From positions 1 to 64,000 of IMG/VR virus record IMGVR_UViG_3300044797_000318: DNA of 64,000 bases. The stretch is one strand, 5' to 3'. The notes below the pieces were generated by a model, which was given only the letters and a program-made list of their open reading frames with translations, had not been told where the DNA came from and made no database searches. The DNA comes from a virus. The position numbers and the translations under genes are program-made. Shown piece after piece: positions 9,567 to 17,960 of the stretch (positions are counted from its first letter, which is position 1; the number at the start of each line of letters is the position of its first letter).

Positions 9567-10331
9567 TCAATCCTTGATTAGAAAAGACATCTCCGCATAC
9601 TCACTAATTCTGCCCTTAGTAATGTATTCATCCACATCTTTATAATCTTCTGGTATGTAAAAATTACGAATATTGGCCAATTGGCCAAACTTGCTAATGA
9701 TCTGTTTCCTCCCCTTTTGGCCAGCGATATCGTTATCTAACAACAAAAATATGTTATTAGAGTATCTGCTAATGACAGTAAATTGATAGATAGACATACA
9801 ATTATTGCCTAAGGCTACAATATTTTTAAAACCCTTCTCCACCGATTTAATAACATCGATCTGCCCCTCTACCACGTAAACGCATCCCTGCTCCAATATA
9901 TGTTGTTTATTTTCATATAAACCAAATAAATGATTACCCTTCTTGAAAGAGGTATTTTTATATTTTTCTATCTTGTTTTCTTGGCGCGTCTTTTCATCTA
10001 AAAGGGAGCGGCCTATCAACGCCACTATCTTGCCATAAGCATTACGTTGCGGCATCACCAAAGGGTGGTTCTCAAAAAAATCTTTGAGAATGCGCCTTGG
10101 GGCCAAAGAATCCTCAATAATGCTAGTAGTCAATAATTTTTGCTTTATTAGGCAAGACTCGCCTACCAAATCGGTAAGTGCCGAAATGTTTTCAATATCG
10201 GGAAAATAACCAAATCCCCATTTCTCTTGACTATCTACATCTAAACGGGAATCTAAATAGGATTGGCTAGCCTGTGCGTTCGGATAGTTTTTTAACAAGA
10301 ACTGACAAGATTCTGCTATTTTTTCTAACAT
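9567..10331 (-). CDS. dnaG: DNA primase catalytic core (TOPRIM), lacking the Zn-binding domain
   Basis: GRSL, KYKNT, LFGL, VVEGQIDV, LDNDIAG and KDVDEY motifs. Confidence 0.9.
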   Translation of the reverse strand: MLEKIAESCQFLLKNYPNAQASQSYLDSRLDVDSQEKWGFGYFPDIENISALTDLVGESCLIKQKLLTTSIIEDSLAPRRILKDFFENHPLVMPQRNAYGKIVALIGRSLLDEKTRQENKIEKYKNTSFKKGNHLFGLYENKQHILEQGCVYVVEGQIDVIKSVEKGFKNIVALGNNCMSIYQFTVISRYSNNIFLLLDNDIAGQKGRKQIISKFGQLANIRNFYIPEDYKDVDEYITKGRISEYAEMSFLIKD

Positions 10332-10334
10332 ATT

Positions 10335-10697
10335 TTATATATCTTTGTTGGCAGTTTTAAGCTTATCCCTCAACATAATCTTAAATGGTTCGCTTAAATG
10401 GCCGTGCGCCTTACCACACTGTGGACACACTATATCCTCGTTGACCACCTTGGGTTGAGCTTCTTTTCCACAATTTTGACATTTGACCCCGAAAGCTACG
10501 GTAGGTTTTTGCCTAAATTGTTTGAGGGTTTTCATAGTCACTTTCATAAAATGAGTGACATTGAGAATCTCATTATTGCACAGGGGGCAATAAATCTTCT
10601 CGGTTTTAGGATCCATAAAAGGCTCCACTTGCCCGCACTTCTTTACCTTCTTCTTATCATCAGTATAAGTATTATTACAAATTAGAGAAACTGCCAT
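10335..10697 (-). CDS. Zn-ribbon protein
   Basis: Multiple CxxC pairs (CPLC, CQNC, CPQC). Confidence 0.75.
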   Translation of the reverse strand: MAVSLICNNTYTDDKKKVKKCGQVEPFMDPKTEKIYCPLCNNEILNVTHFMKVTMKTLKQFRQKPTVAFGVKCQNCGKEAQPKVVNEDIVCPQCGKAHGHLSEPFKIMLRDKLKTANKDI

Positions 10698-11630
10698 TTA
10701 TACTACCTCATCTACTAAAACACCAATTAGCTTATCAGTGTTCTTAGGGTATTGAACGTCCAGCACCACCTTGTGTTCGCCTATCCCACTCACTCCACAA
10801 TGAGGAATAATCACCTCATCACGGTTCCTCGACTGAGGAGGAACTTGGATGTTTCGAAGGCCATAGATAGTTTTTACACTTTGCTGACAGCCACGAATAG
10901 CCTCTAGTAATGGCAGTGTTAAAATGGAAATAACGCTTCTTCCTTCAATTCTGAGGCCTTCTTCTGGCGTCACAGTGACGTGACAAAAAGCATCCGTATA
11001 CTGATCCATAATTCCCATTACGGTGCCAGCGTAATTCCCCATTCCTTGTAAGCGCAAAGTATTACCATTGAGAACTCCCGCAGGCACGGATACGTGCACA
11101 GACACATCCGTAAGAATACTTCCAGCAGCTTTACAAGATTTACAATCCTCAGTGTTATCTTGGCCATGACATTGTGGACAGGTGCTAACTATCATCATAC
11201 CACGCTGCATAATAGTGACTTGCCCCCTCCCACCGCATTTAGTGCAACCATTATGAATATGCACTTCCCCCGCCCCATCACATTCGGAACACTTGGATTT
11301 GCGAGAATATTTTATTTCTTTTTTGCAACCTAGCACGGATTCTTTGAAATCAATGGTAAGGTGTGTGTCTACATTTTCTAATTTAACTACGTGTTGCTGT
11401 CGGCTAAATGGTGACCAACCAGGAGGCGGCTCTCGATCACGTTCATTTCCTTTTCCACTTTTGACGCACTCGTAAGCTTCGTTGATCTTTTTGAACTTAG
11501 CTTCCGCATCAGGACTCTTGTTTATGTCAGGATGAAATTCCTTGGTCAATTTCTTATATTGTTTCTTAGCTTCTTCTGGGGTGGAGCTCTCCGGAATTTC
11601 TAAAATTGCATAAGCTTCCTTGAGTTTCAT
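10698..11630 (-). CDS. dnaJ: DnaJ chaperone
   Basis: J-domain with HPD, four CxxCxGxG-type repeats, C-terminal substrate domain. Confidence 0.92.
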   Translation of the reverse strand: MKLKEAYAILEIPESSTPEEAKKQYKKLTKEFHPDINKSPDAEAKFKKINEAYECVKSGKGNERDREPPPGWSPFSRQQHVVKLENVDTHLTIDFKESVLGCKKEIKYSRKSKCSECDGAGEVHIHNGCTKCGGRGQVTIMQRGMMIVSTCPQCHGQDNTEDCKSCKAAGSILTDVSVHVSVPAGVLNGNTLRLQGMGNYAGTVMGIMDQYTDAFCHVTVTPEEGLRIEGRSVISILTLPLLEAIRGCQQSVKTIYGLRNIQVPPQSRNRDEVIIPHCGVSGIGEHKVVLDVQYPKNTDKLIGVLVDEVV

Positions 11631-12187
11631 TTTTTCTTGCCCTTACGTTTAATTTTACCAGCCAATAGTAGTGCTTGATAAAGTGCCACGGCTATACCAT
11701 CTGCTTTATCATAATTTTCCACTTTCAGCTTCCCCTTTTTATTGTACTCGTAGGGAAACGTAATTTCTAAATGTTTTTCCACAAGGGCTGGCATTTGTTC
11801 TTTTTTTGGAAAGATTTTTCCGAATTTTAATCCATGGCGAATAGTCATTACACTAAACAACTCTGGCGTTTTTCCCAAATAATCATAAGCGACCAAACCA
11901 ATCATCCTATTGAATGTAGTAAGCATAATAATAGTCTTAGCAGTACTGGCACCCTTCATAAATTGAATTATATCTTCAATAGCAATATAATCTGGTTTAG
12001 CTGCCGTAATTACTTTTTGTATTTTATTTCTGGTATCAACTATTCTTTCAATAATAGAACCATTTTTTAGAGGTTTCAAATAAGCAGCATCTATGAATTT
12101 AATATCGTTGGTAGTCTGATCCCAACTTAATATACAGTATCCTATGGTCGAGCTGGACACGTCAAAGCCAAGTATAATTTTTGTCAT
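11627..12187 (-). CDS. RuvC-like Holliday junction resolvase
   Basis: ILGFDVSSSTIGY, IAIED and DKADGIAVA acidic motifs. Confidence 0.8.
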   Translation of the reverse strand: MTKIILGFDVSSSTIGYCILSWDQTTNDIKFIDAAYLKPLKNGSIIERIVDTRNKIQKVITAAKPDYIAIEDIIQFMKGASTAKTIIMLTTFNRMIGLVAYDYLGKTPELFSVMTIRHGLKFGKIFPKKEQMPALVEKHLEITFPYEYNKKGKLKVENYDKADGIAVALYQALLLAGKIKRKGKKK

Positions 12188-12210
12188 ACTTAGTAATATA
12201 ACAGATAAAT

Positions 12211-12241
12211 AAAAAGACCCATAGCGGGGAACTATGGGTCT
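12211..12241 (-). terminator. Rho-independent terminator after the SSB gene
   Basis: 9-bp hairpin GACCCATAG/CTATGGGTC followed by TTTTT on the minus strand. Confidence 0.8.
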
Positions 12242-12267
12242 CTTGTACTACAACTGAACTAGATTTT

Positions 12268-13029
12268 TTAGGACTGTTGAGCGGAGTCAGCAACAACGGT
12301 CTCTTCATAAGAAGGGAACGCCTTATCCAACTCTTCATCATCCGACATGCTAACAACCGGGGTGCTTACCTTAGCTGGGGCAACTTTGGTAGCAATCTTC
12401 TTAGTGTTGGCGGCAGCAACTGGGACACCGGTTCCAGCAACTCCATCAACAGCTACGCCGTTGATCTTGTCAATTCTAGCTTGAACCTTATCAGGAGTAG
12501 GTGGGGTTACTCTACGCTTGAGGTCATCTAAATCAACATCACCGTCCTTGATCGCCTGATCGCCGGCAGAAAGCGGTTCCTTTGGGATCGGTTGAACGGA
12601 ATAATAACCAGTGGCTCCACCATTCTTATCGACAGTAATGTCGATATCATACTTGGTTGGATCGCCCCAACGTTGAACGTTCTTGGCTAACTTTCTGATG
12701 TGTGAGAACACCGCAAAAGAGATATCAAGAATCTTGTAGGCATTGGTCTTGCGGCTAATAACGCCGAGTAACCAACGTGGCTTAGCCTTATCACCTTCGG
12801 CACAGAGAGGGCAGCTGCCATGAATGGCAGAGCATTGCACCTTTTGTCCGAAACCAGTATCGCCTTCTTTCTTGTACTTGTGAACCAAGTATTGGAAAGG
12901 GGCAGTAACGATTCTTACTTCGTTAGAGCCTTCATCTAATCTTAGGAAAAGATCCTTGCTGTTGGTCTTTTTACCTTCTTGTCCGCCAAATACGTCATCT
13001 GTCCATGCTACTTCACCAAATGTAGTCAT
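12268..13029 (-). CDS. Phage single-stranded DNA-binding protein (T4 gp32-like)
   Basis: FLRLDEGSNEVRI, H...C...CPLC Zn site, GDPTKYDIDI, acidic tail; SD AGGAG; lies among replication genes. Confidence 0.75.
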   Translation of the reverse strand: MTTFGEVAWTDDVFGGQEGKKTNSKDLFLRLDEGSNEVRIVTAPFQYLVHKYKKEGDTGFGQKVQCSAIHGSCPLCAEGDKAKPRWLLGVISRKTNAYKILDISFAVFSHIRKLAKNVQRWGDPTKYDIDITVDKNGGATGYYSVQPIPKEPLSAGDQAIKDGDVDLDDLKRRVTPPTPDKVQARIDKINGVAVDGVAGTGVPVAAANTKKIATKVAPAKVSTPVVSMSDDEELDKAFPSYEETVVADSAQQS

Positions 13030-13044
13030 ATTGATCTCCTATTG

Positions 13045-13061
13045 TTTTTTTTTTTTTTTTT
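13045..13061. repeat. T17 homopolymer (A17 in the SSB mRNA leader)
   Basis: Counted directly. Confidence 0.9.
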
Positions 13062-13128
13062 ACTATCTATCGTACATTGCTTGTACATTATCTATTTAAC
13101 AAAACTCTGATCGTAATTCTTTAACACA

Positions 13129-13446
13129 TTAGCGTGTAAACTTTACGTAACGAGTACGAGTGTGGTCGGTAGTACGGCCAAATCTGACACCGATACCCCT
13201 GTTGCGTAGTCTATTAACTACTCTATTGATTACCACTCTGAGAGCACCTGGGGAGCCGGGCAGAAGCGTCCTTTGCTTCCTGCTCAAAACTCTGTTGAGA
13301 GCAGTTGTCAAATTAGTCATCGTCCCAGTCCAAACGCTTCCAGATTGTCCTTCCACTATCGAAGTAACACCACGAAAAATTATTTCATTGATGTCATTTG
13401 TTGTCGCCCAATTTGTTTCCATATTTCTTTTTAACTTACTTGCCAT
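13129..13446 (-). CDS. Basic hypothetical protein, possibly winged-helix DNA-binding
   Basis: 105 aa, Arg-rich; WTGTMTNL...LRNRGIGVRF. Confidence 0.65.
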   Translation of the reverse strand: MASKLKRNMETNWATTNDINEIIFRGVTSIVEGQSGSVWTGTMTNLTTALNRVLSRKQRTLLPGSPGALRVVINRVVNRLRNRGIGVRFGRTTDHTRTRYVKFTR

Positions 13447-13474
13447 GATGTCTTACTCACTTCCTTAATTATAA

Positions 13475-13825
13475 TTATGCTTTTCCTGGTTGTACAGGGG
13501 TTACGTTTTTCACCGCATTAAATACTAAGCTCCTAATGCTATGAACTCTTTGCAGTGGAAAGATCATTTCTAGCTGAAATTCTTTGGGAGAGTTTGCCAA
13601 GATATCTGTAAAAGTCTTAACTATCTCGTCTTCCTCTTTATCAGTAAAAAATCCCTTAACTTCCACTATACCGTTTTCGGCTCGTGGTTTATCTAGAGAA
13701 ATAAATCTCTGGAAATTGCGGGCCTTACCAGTGGTACCGCCCTCCAACGTAATTAGATAAGCTGGCTTTCTAAGAGAGGGAGCCTGCATACCCAACAAAC
13801 TGTTTGATCCTAAATCGACTGGCAT
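13475..13825 (-). CDS. Hypothetical protein
   Basis: 116 aa, coupled to the recA stop. Confidence 0.7.
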   Translation of the reverse strand: MPVDLGSNSLLGMQAPSLRKPAYLITLEGGTTGKARNFQRFISLDKPRAENGIVEVKGFFTDKEEDEIVKTFTDILANSPKEFQLEMIFPLQRVHSIRSLVFNAVKNVTPVQPGKA

Positions 13826-14829
13826 TATTCGTCTCCATCTTCTTCATCGTCATCCCAGCCCTTGATATCATCAAAATTTTTGACATCATTGGCTAGGTGT
13901 ATACCATCTGCCGAAACAACCAAGTCTAATTCGCTGATACACTCATCTCCCTCAAACAAATGGTTCTTTTTAACCTTGGCACGAGAAATGATACCATATT
14001 TGTACTTATCTCCGCCCTTCACTCTGGTCAAATCTTTTTTCCTAGAAAGCTGAATAATTACAGAAGAAAGATAGTATATTTCGTTTCCACCTTTTTCTAT
14101 TTGAGTGGGGGCGCCCATTCCGATAGAGGCATATGTTTGATTGATAATTAGGGTAGTAATAGAAGCTTCCCCAGTTTCATTATTAATGTAGTTATTAGCT
14201 AATTTATTAAACTTCTTGATAGCATAAGAATTTTCTTTGGCCGAAACACCAGGCTGTTGAGAAAAATCTTCCGTTCCATCATCTTTATCTTCCGTTGAAT
14301 TGAGAGAGGCTCCTACGCTATCCCACACGATCAATATCTTAACATCTGGGTTCATTTCTTTGGCAGCGTGCACGAATTGTGCTACGGCTTTGGCGCCATC
14401 AATAATCTTATTAGTATCGACTACTAAAAGATTATCGGAAACACCACCTATCTTCTCATCAAATCTTCTAGCGCTAAACTTCCTTTCAGCGTCCCAAAGG
14501 ATCACTAAAACATTTTGATCTTGGGCAAATTTCATAAAGGCCATAGCGTGAGTGGACTTGCCACTGTCTGGCTTACCCGATATCTGAACAATTCTTCCAA
14601 AAGGAAGTCCTTTGAGATTGGTCAGGCTTTTCCAATGATCGCCCTTAGTCCATACCACATAATCTTTGTCTTCGTTAGGCCTAATAATAGTTTTACCAGT
14701 AGAAAGCTTTTTGGCCAGTCCCTGATCTTTTTTAGCGTAGCTATCTTGGGCTTTTTTAACGAGCTTATTAATATCGATACCTGCTATCATATTTTTACTG
14801 TCGGTTTTTGCCAATTGTTTTTCGGTCAT
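13825..14829 (-). CDS. recA: RecA/UvsX-like recombinase
   Basis: GLPFGRIVQISGKPDSGKST (Walker A), DAE, VWDSVGA (Walker B), INQ, GG and VKKN. Confidence 0.9.
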   Translation of the reverse strand: MTEKQLAKTDSKNMIAGIDINKLVKKAQDSYAKKDQGLAKKLSTGKTIIRPNEDKDYVVWTKGDHWKSLTNLKGLPFGRIVQISGKPDSGKSTHAMAFMKFAQDQNVLVILWDAERKFSARRFDEKIGGVSDNLLVVDTNKIIDGAKAVAQFVHAAKEMNPDVKILIVWDSVGASLNSTEDKDDGTEDFSQQPGVSAKENSYAIKKFNKLANNYINNETGEASITTLIINQTYASIGMGAPTQIEKGGNEIYYLSSVIIQLSRKKDLTRVKGGDKYKYGIISRAKVKKNHLFEGDECISELDLVVSADGIHLANDVKNFDDIKGWDDDEEDGDE

Positions 14830-14840
14830 TATTCCTCGTA

Positions 14841-15263
14841 TTATTCGTTCCAGGTTTTATTCTTACTTAAATTGCGCAGATAAATGTGCCCATCTTTTAG
14901 GGATGCCAAAAGATAATTCCATTTTTTGAGCGCTGCCTCTTGCTTGGCGCACTCCAACTTTGCGCTCACTATATCGGGGTCTTTTGCTATATAATTTAGT
15001 AGCATATTTTCTGTGATTTTTTTATCACCACTCGTCGTTTTGAATTCGAAATATTTCTCCCCTTCTATTCTAGAAATATCATTTTTGGCCTGGCGGGCAC
15101 GAAGCTCCACCTCCTCAATCATAGAAGATAATTTCATTTCGGCTACCAAAAATAGGGCGGCACCACGATCAGCTTTATCTGTGTCATATCTCTCCCTACT
15201 AGCGGAAGAGATTTCCGCAAAACATTCATCTACAACTTTCTCAATATCCGAATGATCGATCAT
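14841..15263 (-). CDS. UvsY-like recombination mediator (putative)
   Basis: 140-aa all-helical protein next to recA; KITE...YIAKDPDIV pattern. Confidence 0.5.
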   Translation of the reverse strand: MIDHSDIEKVVDECFAEISSASRERYDTDKADRGAALFLVAEMKLSSMIEEVELRARQAKNDISRIEGEKYFEFKTTSGDKKITENMLLNYIAKDPDIVSAKLECAKQEAALKKWNYLLASLKDGHIYLRNLSKNKTWNE

Positions 15264-15322
15264 CGTTCCGTCCCTCTGCTAATATATTGAATAGATCTAA
15301 CTTTTTCTCGACAAAAATGTTA

Positions 15323-15646
15323 TTATTTCTTCGCTAACTTTTCGTCAAGTTCGCGCATTTTTTCTTTCAGCTGTCCCACTATATCAGACACTTCGTTATG
15401 CATAAGTCGAAGGTGTTGATGCTGAAAAAGAGACATTAAAAATAAAAACACTTCTAGGGTAGTATGTCGCTTAGAAGGGGGTTTGAGAAAAATGATAATT
15501 CCCCTATCATTGGTCTCAAATAAATCCATAAATAAGTCTTCACCCTTATTACTAATGGAAGTGTTAGATTGGACAATTTTCTGATATACCGACCATTCAT
15601 CTTCGGTCATATCGATTTTTTTATTATCAACAATTTTGATTGTCAT
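15323..15646 (-). CDS. Hypothetical protein
   Basis: 107-aa ORF. Confidence 0.7.
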   Translation of the reverse strand: MTIKIVDNKKIDMTEDEWSVYQKIVQSNTSISNKGEDLFMDLFETNDRGIIIFLKPPSKRHTTLEVFLFLMSLFQHQHLRLMHNEVSDIVGQLKEKMRELDEKLAKK

Positions 15647-15655
15647 ATCTTACTT

Positions 15656-16492
15656 TCAGCTACCTCTGGAAAAACTGCCTTTGCCCGAAGTCAATCTCTT
15701 TTGAGCATTCTGCACTTTGCTTTGCATCTCTTGTAAGGACTGCATATCCTTATGATTGGCGCCAGCGCTGTTGGGCTGTGCCAGTCTGGCCATCGCCAAA
15801 GCGGCTGGATGAATTTCATCATCGTCACCAGTGGATGCTTCCGAGAGTCCCGAATTGATTATATCACCGCTGCTGATAACGGCTTGAAATTCTGCTACCG
15901 CTTCGGGATCTGCACTTTCCATCATAGCAGCCAAACTATTTTCGGAGGCTGCTCCGTTCGAGACTTCTCTTCTAATTTGTTGCGCAATTGCCCTAAGATT
16001 TTGAGTTTTTTCAACGACACTTTTAGGCCCCTCTGGTTCATCAGGGTCCTTTGCTGCTTTCCCGGAGGTTTTGCCGGAGCCTTTCAAAACCTCGGCCCTC
16101 TCGAAAAAGCTGTTGGTTTTCGCCTCAGATTGTGTTTTTTCTACTTGAACATCCTGCGTTCCGCCGCCTGGTAACTTGATTTTGATAGTAGAAATTTTTG
16201 GCTCGCCATTTTCTTGTACTTCGACTTCTCTCTTCATTTCCTTGAAGATTTCTTTTGGCAAATATTGTTTAAGGTTGGGAGAGTCCGTCTTAATATAATT
16301 ATGATTTGATAGCAACCAATCATCTAGTTGCTCAGGATACTTTTGCATATCCTTCATAGCCGCAGCCAATCCAACTAAGCAATTTTTGAGGTGCTCTTCC
16401 ATAATACACTGGCCACAAAAGGGACACACATTCATATCAATGGCATGAGACCACTTTGGGTTGATTTCAGTTTCACAACTAACACACTTCAT
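15656..16492 (-). CDS. N-terminal Zn-ribbon hypothetical protein
   Basis: CVSC...CPFCG; 278 aa. Confidence 0.75.
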   Translation of the reverse strand: MKCVSCETEINPKWSHAIDMNVCPFCGQCIMEEHLKNCLVGLAAAMKDMQKYPEQLDDWLLSNHNYIKTDSPNLKQYLPKEIFKEMKREVEVQENGEPKISTIKIKLPGGGTQDVQVEKTQSEAKTNSFFERAEVLKGSGKTSGKAAKDPDEPEGPKSVVEKTQNLRAIAQQIRREVSNGAASENSLAAMMESADPEAVAEFQAVISSGDIINSGLSEASTGDDDEIHPAALAMARLAQPNSAGANHKDMQSLQEMQSKVQNAQKRLTSGKGSFSRGS

Positions 16493-16953
16493 TTAACTCT
16501 CCAAAAACTGCGATGTCTAGTATTGCCAGTGCTAGCGGTCTTGATTATGTCACCATCTTCTGAAAAAATGGCATTACGTGCTTTATCTCGCTTATAAGCG
16601 GCTACTCTCATTTCTGATGTTTCCCAAAAATCGTTTGTAAAGAAATTTTCAATTTCCTCTTGGGTTTCCTTGATTTGCGACCCTAATCTAATCTTCAATT
16701 CTTCAACATACTCTCGGTGCCTCATAATGTTGACTGGGTTCTTAGGGTCGCCTCCAATAACAATCAGTCCTAGGGATTCGATCATGGCTTGGTCTCTCGT
16801 CACTAAGGCGTGTTCATATAGAGATTTAATTCTCAATTCACTGGATGTGGGTGGCATGTCAGGATTTTCTTCCAAAGAATAATTTCTTTTATCCTGAATG
16901 TCTTTCAGATTTCCACGATCTGACTGTTGTGTAACGGTTTTATATGGCATCAT
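16489..16953 (-). CDS. Hypothetical protein
   Basis: 154-aa ORF with ATGA overlap. Confidence 0.7.
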   Translation of the reverse strand: MMPYKTVTQQSDRGNLKDIQDKRNYSLEENPDMPPTSSELRIKSLYEHALVTRDQAMIESLGLIVIGGDPKNPVNIMRHREYVEELKIRLGSQIKETQEEIENFFTNDFWETSEMRVAAYKRDKARNAIFSEDGDIIKTASTGNTRHRSFWRVK

Positions 16954-16962
16954 TCCACCCTA

Positions 16963-17859
16963 TTATTTTTTGATAGTTGGTTTTCTACCACGCTTGCGTG
17001 GTGCGCTTTCAGCTTCTACTGTCTCTATAACCTGAGTGGAGGACAATAATTCTTTTTGTGTTGGTAGAAAAGGAGAATTAGTCACTACCAAGGGAGAACT
17101 ATTAAAATAAATTTCGGTAGAACCTAAACTATTAGAGATCTCTCCACTAGTATTGGTGATATTAGGGGAATAAGAACTACTGAAAGTTTGGTTAGTATTA
17201 GAGCCGGTATAGTTGATCTGTTGTGGAGTTGTGTCAAAATCAACACTTCGTGTAACCAAACTTTCAGTAGTAATTTGTGGGCCATATGTATGTATGGCCG
17301 AAATTGTGGGAGATACAGAAGAGAATGCGGACGCCATGTCTTCATATCCCAAAAACGTTCCATCTGCATCAACCGTTCGAGAAAATGGGGCCAGCTCTTC
17401 GTTAAAGGCATTAATAAAAGGAGTGGCATCCGTTGGTAATTTCTGCTCTTTTAGAACATTTTTGATTGCTTTTAACTGCTCTTCTTTTTCTTTGTCTGGA
17501 AGGAATTGCTTGAAATGTTTTTGCACTTCTTCCGATTTTGGCTTGTTCTTAGAATATCTAGGAACATCAGTTTGCCCATTAAGCTTGAGTTGAAAATTAG
17601 AAATAACATAGGCTGCAAAATCTTCTACAGTAGCGTTATTCTTACTGAACTCAACTGTTTTCTTCAAGAAGGTAGACATTGCATCATTAGTGCCAGTAGT
17701 ATTCGCCATAGTCTGCTCCAGAATATCATCCTCAACAAGGATGGTGCCAGAGTTAAGCTGTGTCGCGTTGGGGATAAGTCCGGCGTGAAAATGTCTATTG
17801 GCAGTAATGTACGACAAGTTATTTCTGTCTGCCCATTCCTTTAGCTTTATCTTTGGCAT
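16963..17859 (-). CDS. DNA-binding protein: IS607/MerR-like N-terminal HTH and C-terminal AT-hook-like motif
   Basis: KLKEWADRNNLSYITANRHFHAGLIPNATQLNSGTILVE; ends PRKRGRKP. Confidence 0.65.
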   Translation of the reverse strand: MPKIKLKEWADRNNLSYITANRHFHAGLIPNATQLNSGTILVEDDILEQTMANTTGTNDAMSTFLKKTVEFSKNNATVEDFAAYVISNFQLKLNGQTDVPRYSKNKPKSEEVQKHFKQFLPDKEKEEQLKAIKNVLKEQKLPTDATPFINAFNEELAPFSRTVDADGTFLGYEDMASAFSSVSPTISAIHTYGPQITTESLVTRSVDFDTTPQQINYTGSNTNQTFSSSYSPNITNTSGEISNSLGSTEIYFNSSPLVVTNSPFLPTQKELLSSTQVIETVEAESAPRKRGRKPTIKK

Positions 17860-17960
17860 AACTACATTCCTTACTATGCATAGATTTTGTATGCAAAAAT
17901 ATCATCCGTATCATTTTCTTGATAGAGGGTCGATTTTGTTATCAACCAACATCATATATA

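Noticed and set aside
16963-17859. Active IS607 element
   Set aside because: No serine recombinase catalytic domain and no tnpB.
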